Shown: positions 1 to 12,325, counted from the first letter of the whole stretch. The stretch is 63,977 bases of DNA, filler included, from Octopus bimaculoides (GCF_001194135.2; 6 parts of 6 records of this genome joined end to end with filler, not necessarily neighbours in it); one strand, 5' to 3'. Program-made: numbers and translations. Notes: generated by a model from the sequence alone, not told the origin.

Positions 1-241
1 TTGTGTGTGTGTTTGTGTGTGTGTGTGTGTCTGAATTTGTGTAAATGAGCAGAGAATAATATCAGTTGAAATAAGTTATAACATGGTCTGGTTTTCACAT
101 TTTTTATTAAAGTATTTGAAAAACTATAAATGTTTTTACTATGTTGAAGTGTTTTAAAATTACAAAAAAAATTATATGTTGTAATGTTCATAAAGTTCAA
201 TTAGCGATTTGATACGTTTGCAGTAATCATCAGATTTGAAA

Positions 242-477
242 GTGAAGAGGAGGAACGAATATAGTTGTGAGATATGCAGGGATAATGTACTTGTACATCC
301 ATTATTTAGGTCGAATGGTACACATATAAGATTCCAATACCTTATGAGTAAAATCTAATGTTGCATTTTACTCATAAGGTATTGGAATATTATATGTATA
401 CCATTCTGCCTAAACAATGAATGTACAAATACAATATCCCTGCATATCTCACATCTATGTTCGTTCCTCCACTTCAC
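242..477. repeat. Long foldback palindrome: 113-bp arms (242-354 / 365-477), 10-nt loop
   Basis: Manual alignment of the left arm to the reverse complement of the right arm gives 11 mismatches in 113 bp and no indels. Confidence 0.95.
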
Positions 478-479
478 TC

Positions 480-800
480 TCTATTTCGTATTTTATCTAA
501 ATTAACTATTGCTTAACCACTTTCTCACACCGTCTCCGATGAAGAGATATAATAAATATCCTGGAAACAGCTGTAAGACCTTCTATTCATAAATATTCTA
601 AACTCTACACAGCCTTGGTATTTTTTAATCTCGTAACGAAAATACCTTATATACACACTCTGATATATGACCTACGCTGGAACTGTTATTCGCATAATCA
701 CCAAACCTGGAACCTAGGTATGGTCAATCCATAGCACTTACTCAGCATTATCTGACACCTTTGGTTCTCATTGACAATACTACCCTCATAACCTCCTATA
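480..800 (+). mobile_element. Penelope-like pseudo-LTR repeat carrying a hammerhead motif
   Basis: Shares the hammerhead block and the downstream CAGCACTTACTC.GCATTATCTG segment with 13790-14340. Penelope RT lies about 1.2 kb away. Confidence 0.6.
532..579 (+). ncRNA. Minimal type-I hammerhead ribozyme motif (U4C core variant)
   Basis: GTCT-CCGATGA-[GATAT/ATATC stem II]-GAAA-CAGCTG-TA-AGAC. Helix I is GTCT/AGAC and helix III is the palindrome ACAGCTGT. Confidence 0.75.
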
Positions 801-963
801 TATATATATATATATATATATNNNNNNNNNNNNNNNNNNNNNNNNNNNNNNNNNNNNNNNNNNNNNNNNNNNNNNNNNNNNNNNNNNNNNNNNNNNNNNN
901 NNNNNNNNNNNNNNNNNNNNNNNNNNNNNTATATATATAATTCTTTTATTGTTTCCTTCTTTC

Positions 964-1002
<39 letters not shown>

Positions 1003-2039
1003 ATCTTATAAATCCTCCAAAATTTCTCCGAATCACATGCTTATACACACACTCATATACATAAGTGCACACACACAAACACACACACACCATTTATCCG
1101 AACTACATATTGATTTTGCAACTAATTAGCATAAATTATAAACATTAATTATAGCTTAACTTTCATTCCCTCTTTGTAATCGTTTTATTATTTTTAGAGA
1201 TGATAGCTTCATATTATTTGGTCAATTTATCATCTGTGAATTCTTGCGCTTCACTTTTTTTCTGCTAATATATTCCTTTCTCATGTATGTTTTCCATTCA
1301 CATTATATATATATTTACATTATTTGTGACGTAGATGTTGGAGAAACGTTTCTCAATACTCTGGTTTAATTGAATGATTTATGGTTAATGAAATATATAA
1401 TTATGCTCCGTTCTTAATGCTATGCGTCTGTGAAATCTAACATAATCTCATATGTGGCCACTCAAACATAAAATGTTATAACTGAAGAGAATGTATAATT
1501 CTCTGAAGTGAGAAATCGCCATCAGCAAGAACCTTCAAAACTGTATACCTTAGTATTCTAAAGAATTACCTCCTTCCATTGTTTACTTGTTTGTGAGATT
1601 TGCCAAAGTGTTACAAAACGTCACATTCACTCAGATTTGTTCAGTTGAATAGTACAAACATTGTTTGTTGGTTGTATGTAGCGGCTAGGATAACTTATAT
1701 ATTTAGAATAACTTATATATAATCTAGTAGATGATCAAAGGGAATTGATCATTATTTGGGAAAATTTTAATTAAAATAAAGCAGTTTACCATCTGAAATA
1801 TACCTTTATTCAATGAAGAGAGCATCAACTTACAATGAATGACAAATTAAGCAATAGCCATAGTATTTTGTAATCATTAGCACAATTTAATTAAACTTCT
1901 ATATATCATAGTAATGCCACGTACCTGTTACGGGTGAGTATGTATTCAAGTTCACATACACGCACATACAAATACAGACCTTTCTAATTTAGGCCTTCTA
2001 CCAATTCCCCTGAAGTGGAAAACAAGTCGCATATTATTT

Positions 2040-2575
2040 TGGAAACACCTTCCTTCCTATACCTTTTCAGACAAGGAGAGGGAATTCTGCGTCATAGGTC
2101 CAGTTATGGTAAATTAACAATCGAACATTTCAATGACACTACACAATACGAAAAAGCACATACCACACCTAATCAGCTTGAGGCCTTGATTAACATCTGC
2201 TGGAACAATATTTGGTATAGAAAAGGTCTCTAAGAAGACTAGACTTAATTTCACATCTAAAATTACTCCCTCCCCTCTTTCTATCACTTAGTGAAAACCC
2301 ACTGTTTGCCCAAACTCGAAATTAGATCTATATTCTCGGGAATTGACAGCCCCTTTTATAACATTTCCTGATTCTCTCTAAATTGCTCAAACTTCTACTG
2401 CATACATTATCCCGGACACGTCGATGGCTCCAAACAGATCTTTAAAATTTCAAGGTTATCGAGCACTCACTACTCAGAAATAACCGATACCCTTTGAGCC
2501 TAGACGTTGTCTCCATCTATATTTCTGTGCCCGCTCTTCCAGCCGTCGATATCAGTACTGACCGCATCGCATCTC
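2040..2575 (+). pseudogene. Penelope-like reverse transcriptase fragment (frameshifted)
   Basis: Across frames: DKGEGI..YGKLTIEHFNDTTQYEK, FYHLVKTH, SLDVVSIYISVP (PLE RT motifs ADKG, FYxLPKxHK, SLDVxSLYTxVP). Confidence 0.85.
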
Positions 2576-2626
2576 CCCTTCTGTTACTCTTGTACTCTAC
2601 TTATTTCTTCCTCTCTTCCATCTCGC

Positions 2627-2729
2627 TCTTCTTCTTCTTCTTCTTCTTCTTCTTCTTCTTCTTCTTCTTCTTCTTCTTCTTCTTCTTCTTCTTCTTCTTC
2701 TTCTTCTTCTTCTTCTTCTTCTTCTTCTT
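2627..2729. repeat. (CTT)n microsatellite
   Basis: Direct reading; it explains the poly-F and poly-S ORFs. Confidence 0.99.
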
Positions 2730-2814
2730 TTCCGTCACTCTCTTTACCAACCTTTATCCTTTTAATATTATACCCTTAACCATCCGTGGACTAATAGATA
2801 TTATTGCAGGTACC

Positions 2815-3238
2815 ACTTTGCCAGAGGGTATTATTTGCTTCGCCAATGTCTCAATGTCTCTCTACACCTGACAAAGGCATGAAATAAATTGAAGACTTTC
2901 ATGTCTGCAATGCAAGCCATATGCTACCATTTTGTCCCAGAGAGAAAGGCCACTGCACATAAAAACAATGTTTCCAGGGTTAGAAAATTTCTTATGAGAG
3001 GGCGTGAAAAGATTACAAAGAGCCTCAACAGAGAACTCTATGTCAATGAGAAACGCTGCCTGGAAACAAAACAGCTGGAGATTGAGATTTGCAGTTTGGG
3101 AAGGTAATGCACTATATGAGGCTTTGCGTTTTGCAGTTCATATCTGAATTTATTTTGAAAAGGGATACACTCTTGAATGTTATGTAGGTGCCACTTTCCA
3201 AGTATTTGAAGTTGTTAATATTTTAGCATGTTCCACAT
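2815..3238 (-). pseudogene. Inverted duplicate of the Penelope GIY-YIG endonuclease region, split by a ~240-bp insert (2850-3088)
   Basis: 3089-3238 matches the reverse complement of ~3476-3626 (roughly 90% by eye); 2815-2849 matches ~3631-3665. Confidence 0.85.
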
Positions 3239-3439
3239 GCAAAAATGTGTACGGGGCGATTTTGTAATCAGTAGCACAATTACAAAATCAGATACTGAAG
3301 GAAAAAGTTAATGAAAACACGATTCCGTTCATTAACACAAAGTCCTGGAATAACCAACATCTTTCACCTCATAAAATCGAACTTACCTATACTCCTACAA
3401 AGCCTCTAAATGAAAAATCTGATTGCAAAAAACACCTTA

Positions 3440-3860
3440 CGGAATGTTTAGTAAAAGAAAGTGGAGATAGGAGATGCGGAACATGCAACAATATTAACAA
3501 CTTCAAGTACTTGGAAAGTGGTTCCTACATAACATTCAAGAGTGGATCCCTTTTCAAAATAAATGCAGATATGAAGTGCAAAACGCAAAACCTCATATAC
3601 TGCATTACCTGCCCAAGCTGCAAAGAAAATGACATTGGCGAAACAAATAATTCCTTCTGGCAATGTGCAAGAATCCACAAGCAACATATCGGACGAGAAG
3701 AAATATGCAAGATTCTATTAGTTAAGCATCTGGAAAAATGCAGCGACGGAAAATTTATAAAATTTCTCTTTTACAAATGAATACAAGACGATCGGCAATA
3801 CCGAAAACAATGGAACTACATTACATCAAAAAAATTTTCTCCAAAATTGAATGTTTGAAA
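3440..3860 (+). pseudogene. Penelope GIY-YIG endonuclease domain fragment
   Basis: GDRRCGTC...INADMKCKTQNLIYCITCPSCKENDIGETNNS...RIHKQHI matches the PLE NxIYCITC..C...YIGET signature, with Y changed to D. Confidence 0.9.
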
Positions 3861-4591
3861 GAGACAGTACCTTTTGTGTTATACTAATATTCTGTAACGC
3901 AAAATCATAGAATTGGAAGAGATGTGATGGAAGTCACATAGTATAAACATGGACATGTTCCCAAGCACACAAACATGCACCCCCCCCCTCACAAACACGC
4001 AATCACACACACACACGCATCCACACACACACACTTCATGAAGGGATTGTCCCCAAAATTGAATGGAGGTAAAGTGGAGAATTTGAATCCTTTTTCCAAC
4101 TGTGGTTCATCTCCACAAATGTTCAGGGATATATATATANNNNNNNNNNNNNNNNNNNNNNNNNNNNNNNNNNNNNNNNNNNNNNNNNNNNNNNNNNNNN
4201 NNNNNNNNNNNNNNNNNNNNNNNNNNNNNNNNNNNNNNNNNNNNNNNNNNNNNNNNNNNNNNNNNNNNNNNNNNNNNNNNNNNNNNNNNNNNNNNNNNNN
4301 NNNNNNNNNNNNNNNNNNNNNNNNNNNNNNNNNNNNNNNNNNNNNNNNNNNNNNNNNNNNNNNNNNNAGTAGGTATAAACACATGAACAAATAAATAAAA
4401 ACAAATTAAACGAACATGTATAAACGGGATACAGATAATACATGCACTCCCCATACACGCACATGCACTTACTAAACATAGACACACATAAAGGGATACG
4501 GAAATATAGACACATACAATAGGAATACAAAATACAAAATGACTGATCGTTAGTAAGGAGGGACACACAAATAAGAAAGAAGAAAGCAAAG

Positions 4592-4635
4592 GACCACTGA
4601 TGAGGTCACAGAAGTGTGACGAAAGAACCCTGGCC
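4592..4635 (+). ncRNA. Decayed hammerhead-like motif
   Basis: CCA-CTGATGA-G-GTCACA/GAAG/TGTGAC-GAAA...TGG. Core and stem II are perfect, but helix III and the UH triplet are missing. Confidence 0.45.
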
Positions 4636-4859
4636 GAAATACGATTAATGTAATATAAGGCTGAAGCAAATTAACACCAAATATATCGTGCGTGTGTTTT
4701 TACTGGCTAAACTGGCAACATGACCATCCCCAAATACAACAATACCAATTTAATTGTTTGATGTAAATAATGAAATGAACACACACAGTCATAAACAAGT
4801 AAGAAATAGAAATAAATAAACAGCGTTCAAAAATAATAGGTGAGCTGGTTAGTAAGGGA

Positions 4860-5490
4860 TATATGAACCTTTGTTTAAAGTAAGTTGAGAAAAGTGCTGG
4901 TTCATGGAATGTTAGTTTCTAGATCGCCTCTCGTGTTATACCACGAGATATATCCAATATTGCCTGTCACAGTTCATTCTTTCTCCTAAATGGGTGTCCA
5001 TTCACGTAAACTCGTCGCTTTAGAATACTCCACAAGTTTTCTATTGTGTTTAACTCGGCGGAGCAGGTAGGCCACTCCATCTTCCGACGTCCACAGAAGG
5101 CTAATTGTTGCAGCTACTCTGCAGTTTTCTTCGCTGAGTTTCATGGCGCATTACTTTGCATAAATATTATGGTTGCCTTGAAGATGACATCTTGTTTAAC
5201 CAATGTTCAATGTAATCCCCCAGAAAGGCTATGTTAGCATCCGCAGTCATTTTAATACTGCCAGGCACTTTCCAATAATACCTCCAATAATACCTGCCTA
5301 AACCATGATGCCTCTTGCCATTTGTTGGCGTCTCAAGCGTTGATGACGATCTCCTCCATTTGCAACTCATCCCTTACTCCAAACATCAGGTCCAGCAAGG
5401 GTAGCACGGGATTCATCCGTAAACAAAACTTTTGAAAATTCGACATTCATGACCATTTTGCATTTTGCATGTGTATATTGTATAAGGGAG
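4860..5490 (-). pseudogene. Tc1-family (DD34E) transposase fossil
   Basis: [66 protein letters not shown]. Confidence 0.9.
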
Positions 5491-5614
5491 GCCTTTTAAC
5501 TGATGTCATTGGTTTACTGACCTGTAAGGGATGTTTGTCGATTTTTAATTAATAAATAGTTTATCAATTACCTTTCTATTCTCTCATCTTAGTATATATA
5601 TATATATATATATA

Positions 5615-5735
5615 CGGAGACGTAAGCATACCAACGTTGGTTGGCAAGCGATGGAGAGGGAAAAGACAGACACAAAATCACACACCCATGTATACATAAA
5701 TATCAGTTTCCATCTACCAAGTCCACTCACTTATA
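5615..5735 (-). mobile_element. SINE family B fragment
   Basis: CAGTTTCCATCTACCAAGTCCACTCAC matches the family-B core seen at 63001-63392. Confidence 0.6.
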
Positions 5736-5924
5736 AATGTGACCCAAAGTTCAGAACTGAAATATAATCAAGAGTAATTAAAATATTTGGAATTCTATTC
5801 GAAAGTCAGAGTTACTACACTAACAAGTCGACTTCAATATCACAGCCTACACACCCGGTTTATTAGGCCTGTAACCACTGTTATTAGTTTCTTTTGTTTT
5901 ATAATGCTATTCCTTAAGTATATA

Positions 5925-5965
5925 CAGTAGTGCCTCGGTTTACGAACGCATCTTATCACGAATAA
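5925..5965 (+). mobile_element. Tigger/pogo-like terminal inverted repeat remnant
   Basis: TA-CAGTAGTGCCTCGGTTTACGAAC; no partner TIR is visible. Confidence 0.45.
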
Positions 5966-6018
5966 ATAGTGCTTTATATATAACTATATATCTTTCTCCC
6001 TCTCTCTCTTTCTCTCCC

Positions 6019-6095
<77 letters not shown>

Positions 6096-6502
6096 NNNNN
6101 NNNNNNNNNNNNNNNNNNNNNNNNNNNNNNNNNNNNNNNNNNNNNNNNNNNNNNNNNNNNNNNNNNNNNNNNNNNNNNNNNNNNNNNNNNNNNNNNNNNN
6201 NNNNNNNNNNNNNNNNNNNNNNNNNNNNNNNNNNNNNNNNNNNNNNNNNNNNNNNNNNNNNNNNNNNNNNNNNNNNNNNNNNNNNNNNNNNNNNNNNNNN
6301 NNNNNNNNNNNNNNNNNNNNNNNNNNNNNNNNNNNNNNNNNNNNNNNNNNNNNNNNNNNNNNNNNNNNNNNTCTTTTGTTATCATACTATTAATATATAT
6401 ATGTTTATTAAAATATGCATCCAGTTTATCATTCTGCCTTATTATTTTTCATTTTCCTATTATTTCTCCACGTGCAGTTAACACAACCCCACTATTTACT
6501 GA

Positions 6503-6553
<51 letters not shown>

Positions 6554-6629
6554 GTATAAAGCACGATTTATTCGAAATCAGAGTTGTTAGAAAACCTAGG
6601 TACTACTGTACTATATTTTAGACTTATTT

Positions 6630-7047
6630 CTAATTTAGACGCAAAGCCAGCAATTTTGAGGCTGGGGGAAAGTCAATACAATCGATGACAAAGAGATTGA
6701 AAGGCAAAGTTAAACTCAGCGGGATTTCAACTCAGAACGTAAGGAACAAAAAATAATACTGCACCGTCTTTTTTTTACCGACACTCGAACGATTCTATCA
6801 GCCGCTGGCCTATATGTGTTGTTTTGGAATGGCTTTGATTTAAGCAAAAAACAGAAAATGAAGGTAAGTGGCAACTGGATGTTATCGTCCTCAGCATTTG
6901 ACTTGTACCTAATTTTATCGATACCGAAAGGATGAAAAGTAAAGTTATATATTCTGAGTTCTGAATTCGAAACATAAAAGATCAAAATCAGTCTTGGAAA
7001 GCATTTTGTTCGACACGCTAAGATAACGACTCTGCCAGCTTGCTGCT
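6630..7047 (-). mobile_element. Two decayed SINE family A copies (about 6630-6790 and 6870-7047)
   Basis: Reverse-complement matches to the family-A consensus (GAGCTGGCAGAATCGTTAGC...TTCTGAGTTCAAATTCCGCCGAGGTCGACTTTGCCTTTCATCC). Confidence 0.7.
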
Positions 7048-8163
7048 TTACACAATTCGTAATAATGAATGCATAAGTTTCTTTAGATAAATATCTTGAC
7101 TTTTACCGAACCGGCACATGGTAATACAATCGAAAGAAATATTTGTCATAAGTACATATTAAGAACTTTACACGATGCATTTTGTTCATGCTGCCGATAT
7201 ACTGTGTAAACATTGTATATAAAATCAAACTATATGATACGAGAAAATTGTAATCTTTTGCCTATTGTTAACTATCCTCAAATTATTTCTGTGGAATTTC
7301 AAACGAGAACTTATACATATATATTACTGACAAGCTGTCAAAATTTATATAGACATACGAATGGATTCAAATTTACTCCTCATGCCTAAATTCATTCATT
7401 TACTCATTCTGAAGAGATATTGTTTATCAGGCTACATCAGCAATGATGTGGAGACACGATAAAAAATTTAAATATATGTTTTCCCGTATCGACACGATTT
7501 TGGATGCGTTGAAGGTCCAATAGTAAAGAAGTACGTTTCATGCCAATGAGAGAGGCAATGCGTTGTCTTTAGATTTGCTGGAGATAGCCTAACACAGGGA
7601 ATAATATATTAACCGAAGACAAAGGGATTAAAAAAATAGATGCTATATGGAATAATTTTTTAAAATTTAAAAAAAAACATTATTGAGTGCTTCAGAAGTT
7701 AAGGTTATATAAACAGGATCACATAACACCTGTTTAATCACATTTTATCTGTTTTTAAACATCCTTTATGCTGTAGTTCGGTAATGAATTTTATTACACA
7801 TGGATTAGTGTATCACGTTAATGATGATATTTTATATTTCAAGTCTTTAGAACACGGTTTCAGAAAATGCCTTCAAGATGTTTAATTCAAGAAAGATTAA
7901 TTAGGTTGTAGAACGCCTTGAAATAAAATGCAAATAAAATATAACACAATAGAAACAAGAGAGTTAATAATTAATGTGTAGATATAATCATGATGGGAAC
8001 AGCAATTAATGAACTATGATCCCTTTGTTCGAAGAAAGCGAAAAGCAAATTGAGAAACTCTAGAAAGGTTTGTATCTTGAGTTGGCATTAACTAGTAATT
8101 GATCTTTATGGATCACTAGTGTGTCATGTAATCACATCTTAGCGAACGTGTATATATGGGTGT

Positions 8164-9683
8164 TTAACCCTTCAGGTCATTTAATAGCTCGTGATATATA
8201 TCATACAGTTTAAATGATTGCTGTGATAATTATTGAATGCAACAGAAGGCTGCCTGCTCTCATATTAGATTACAGGAAGTATTTAAAAAGACAGGTTGTG
8301 TCGAAAATGATTTAATGCTTGTCAAAAATTAAGTACGCTATTATAATACAAATCTGTAATTATGTTCAACCCTTAGGTGGCGATGGAGTTAGCAGAACCA
8401 GGAATACTGTGATATGATTGAGACAAATGCAATGCCGTATTCAGTTAGTTTTGTCTCAGCTATGAGAACACATTCCGGAGACGCTACCATTGGGGGAGAT
8501 GTTATGTTGCTTATCATTTGTATGATATAAGCTCGAGCCAAAGTAAATTATATTACACTCTATGCAATTTTGTGGGGAAGTGGTCGCCATCCAGCAAATC
8601 CAGATCTACGATGGTGTTTATTTACTTTCCAAGGCCGAAAGTCAGGCCAGCCGATAGATCATGTAACTACGTCGCTCATCAGGCCATGGTCCATGTCGAA
8701 ATACAAGAATAGTGAGAGCAGAGATTCCAAAAATAAAATGCAGTAAGGAGGTCTGTGAGGATGGACATATAACTTTTATCACTCCCGTAAATACCACGCG
8801 ATTTAGAAGCGATCCTCTTATCGGTGCGGAAACGAAAGTACAAAGATTAGCATTGCTTGAAAAAATGCTCATTTAGTACGGGTGTCGTATTAAAAATCAT
8901 TGAATGTCTTTTTGACATGAAAAATTAAAGAGGTTGAAGACAAGACAAAAGGGGACAGTGAATTGAAACAACACCATTAAAAACAGCATGTCCCGGATGT
9001 TGCTCATCTGACATCACCAATAGCTGCAACACTAGTTGGAGATTCAATTGTGGTTGAAAAACGTGTATTACTCTCATGATTAGAAACGGAAGAAATGAAA
9101 GTTCTTTCGTCTTGCTACGATGGAGAGAAAATGGAGGTTGGAGAGAAGTGACACATTGTCGATAGGTAAAGAGAAACAAAAACTGTACCCAAAGAATGTG
9201 TAGTAAACTATACAAGTTGGGCCCTCTTCAGAGCAAGATGATTATGGATGAATGATTAAGTAACATTGCAGGAGGGACAAAACTGCAAGCTCTGAGATGT
9301 AAAAATATTAACTATTTTCTCGCCCTAGCGCGAAATACTCACAAGCACTGTTTAGTGCAAATGAGTTATATATATTACGATAATATTCTGAACCAAAAAT
9401 TATCCCGATGGTGAATTTGTAATGCGATATTTTCAATTGATCGAAAGAAGTGTCAGCCAAGAACTCGAACTGATAATGTCGCCTATTGTTACCTTAACAA
9501 AATCTGCTTGTGTTGCTCCTATAAAAAATATTATGGTTGTATATTGGCAGAAGAGTATGTCCGAAAAATAACTTACGCTATTTTTTCTGGCTCTGTACTT
9601 TCTTATTTCAAATGTCACTGGGGTCAAGAAAGACCGCATAAATATTGGTATCTTTGGTATCGATTAACCACTAATGTGGTTAA
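8164..9683 (+). mobile_element. Heavily decayed DDE transposase, tentatively piggyBac-like
   Basis: TTAA-CCCTT at 8164. Frame-hopping similarity to piggyBac blocks (IDH.., GWTYNF, WMND*VTL, AGGTKL) and a C-terminal Cys cluster RKKC..RTRTD..YC...ICLC. Motif spacing is imperfect. Confidence 0.35.
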
Positions 9684-10530
9684 TTCTTCGATTGAATTGT
9701 AAATCAAAATGACAATCACCTTCATAAATAATTTTAATAGAAGAAGCTACAATATTAATAAATAAGATATCAAAACATATTCAAGTAAAGATGCACCAGC
9801 ACAAGCCATATCACTCCAGAATAAATATGTGTAGTATCTAAATTTGATGCGTTACATCTTTTACCTTTCACGAGGCACATTCTATGTGTATGTGTGTGTG
9901 TGTGTATTTTTACGGTCCTATGCATTTACAAAATTTGTACCTTACATTAAAATAAGAAATACTAATAGATTTTGCTAGTGATACACGTGGTAAGGCAAGT
10001 TGCTTTAGCTTTTTATAAAAACAACTAAACCCTGCCTAACCACGTGTCTTAATGTCAAGAACCTATAATGGTGTACATTAAATTACACACTAACACACAC
10101 ACACATGTATACATATGTAAAAATATATAAACGTTTATATGTATATATNNNNNNNNNNNNNNNNNNNNNNNNNNNNNNNNNNNNNNNNNNNNNNNNNNNN
10201 NNNNNNNNNNNNNNNNNNNNNNNNNNNNNNNNNNNNNNNNNNNNNNNNNNNNNNNNNNNNNNNNNNNNNNNNNNNNNNNNNNTATATATAGGCCAATAAG
10301 AAAACGGAGGGGATCAAGAGGTGGTATTCATCAACATTTCGACATTATATTATTGTCTATATATATTTATCTAAAAAAAATAAACAATTATAACAATATA
10401 CATACATGTATAACATATTATGCTTTATCTATATAAAAATACCAGTAATTATTAAAATATATAGCGTAGAACATAGGAAGTAGAATAGTTTCTTACAGCT
10501 CTTTCAGCCAAGAGGTCTCAGTACTATAAA

Positions 10531-10816
10531 TTTATAGTACATTATAGTATAATATTAGGTCTTAAGGTAGGCAATATCAATGTATAACTTACCAATAGCA
10601 GCTGTGGTTTTTAAAATAGCTCCTAGAGATAATATAGTATAGATTTTCATTGTAATAGAGGATTGTTTATAATTTATAGTACATTATAGTATATAATATA
10701 GATCTTAAGGTAGGCCATATCAATGTATAACTTATCAATAGCAGCTGTGGTTTTTACAATAGCTCCTAGAGATAATATAGTATAAATTTCCATTGTAATA
10801 GAGGATTGTTTATAAC
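10531..10816. repeat. Tandem duplication, 2 x ~142 bp
   Basis: TTTATAGTACATTATAGT recurs at 10531 and 10673, and the units are colinear. Confidence 0.95.
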
Positions 10817-10995
10817 TTACCAATATATTATTGATAGTATTATGAGGGGTTGTCTCCCCTTAATGGACCTTTGTTTAAAAAGGAACTTATTTAACGAGTC
10901 ATTTAACGACAAATTTGAACATGGACGGAACTTAGAGACGATGTCTTGGTATTTACCTCTTGTTCTTGATTTTGTTTTGTTTTTTATTTGTTCTT

Positions 10996-11097
10996 AAATT
11001 TATCTCCCTGAAGACGTGTAAGGCAAATTATATGTTTGACTTAAATATGACAGTCAAACATTGCCTTATACAGAAATGTTGACATAGGAATAAATTT
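10996..11097 (+). ncRNA. Type-I hammerhead ribozyme motif with a long, bulged stem II
   Basis: AAATTTAT(C)TCC-CTGAAGA-stem II (GTGTAAGGCA/TGCCTTATAC plus ATGTTTGAC/GTCAAACAT)-GAAA-TGT-TG-ACA-TA-GGAATAAATTT. Confidence 0.75.
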
Positions 11098-11515
11098 CAA
11101 TAATAATGGATACTAGCGTCAAAACTCTCTTTTGAATTTAAAACTTTGGATATATAACCAAGGAGAACGATCCTTAAGGAGTCTACTTTAGACTTTTTTG
11201 CGGTGAAATCTCTTGCTATATTGGTAACGATTACATGTTTTTCTATGAATATATATATTGTGTAATATCAATATTTTTTATTATGAAGCAATTGTTTATG
11301 GTATTGATCAATTCTTTGTTCAGGCAGCTTGACATTTCTAAAATGTTTTCTTCCATGAAATACTTTGTTGGATTAGCACAAGGATACATTTGTATAGATA
11401 TAGTACTTCAAATCTGACAGAAACACGACAACAATTACATGTTCACTGTAATCTGATATTTTCGGTGGGGTTTTCTTACATTTTCTTGAAGGCCACCCTA
11501 ATCAGATTGTCTTAC

Positions 11516-11539
11516 TTCAATCATGATACGATGCCACAA
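11516..11539 (-). CDS. Candidate micro-exon (LWHRIMIE) of an unidentified minus-strand gene
   Basis: ccctgtttag|...GAA|gtaaga; 24 nt, phase 0-0. Confidence 0.12.
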
Positions 11540-11611
11540 CTAAACAGGGCATAATGAATTGTAAAATGCTTCAATAAAAATGAGGCTGCATCGAAGAGAA
11601 TCTTCGCTTAC

Positions 11612-11674
11612 CTCGCTGTCTGATAGGAACGGAAGGGAACCAAGACACATATTGTAGTTGGCGTACTGAATACC
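11612..11674 (-). CDS. Candidate exon (GIQYANYNMCLGSLPFLSDSE)
   Basis: Strong sites ttgctctcttttag| and GAG|gtaagc; 63 nt, open in all frames; no homology recognised. Confidence 0.3.
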
Positions 11675-12010
11675 CTAAAAGAGAGCAATAGCAGACATGT
11701 AAAGAATCGACATAGGCATCAACGCCTGAAGAACTTAAGAAATATTTACGTTTATACGTATAGAGATATGTTTATTCACAGCTAGTAGGTAACATATTTC
11801 TCTTTAAAACAAGCCGACATCTAGCATTTTATAGTTTGATTATGCTGCTTTGTAAATATGATTATATTTTAGAATGTAATACTAAGAAGGTACAACTCTG
11901 GCAGTTCAAACAAGAAAGTAATTAATAGCTGATCAGTTATTTTAATTATCGACATCGCTTAAAATATATTAGTTACGATATCAGAGTCGATATAAAGTAG
12001 TTCGGTGAAT

Positions 12011-12104
12011 GTTATATGAAGGACGAGAATATATACATACTTAACTCTGTGCAAAGTATATTTAGCAGAGATGTTAAACCGTTCTATAAACTTGTAGCAA
12101 GAAT
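12011..12104 (+). repeat. 94-bp sequence, exact inverted copy of 14145-14238
   Basis: Base-by-base identity to the reverse complement of 14145-14238. Confidence 0.97.
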
Positions 12105-12169
12105 TTAAAGTCGATGAATTGACAAATGCATGAGATCACCGTACAACATAATTTTACCGTATTTGTTAC

Positions 12170-12244
12170 CTCTGGTGGCCTTACGATTTCAAGTAGCGTT
12201 GAGGATAGCTTCGCCTTTCTTTCTTGAAGACTCGATTGAATACA
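12170..12244 (-). CDS. Candidate exon (CIQSSLQERKAKLSSTLLEIVRPPE)
   Basis: Donor GAG|gtaaca is good; the acceptor caatagtag| is weak (alternative acceptor at 12269); 75 nt, phase 0-0. Confidence 0.2.
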
Positions 12245-12325
12245 CTACTATTGCTGGGTTGTGGAGTATCTGAATTGATTGAGTGTTGAACAAAAAGTTT
12301 TCTTGCATATGTTTAGGATCCTTAC

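Noticed and set aside
8642-8872. WPD tripeptide in a minus ORF suggesting a tyrosine phosphatase
   Set aside because: No HCxxGxxR or other PTP motifs; the plus strand explains the coding-like composition better.
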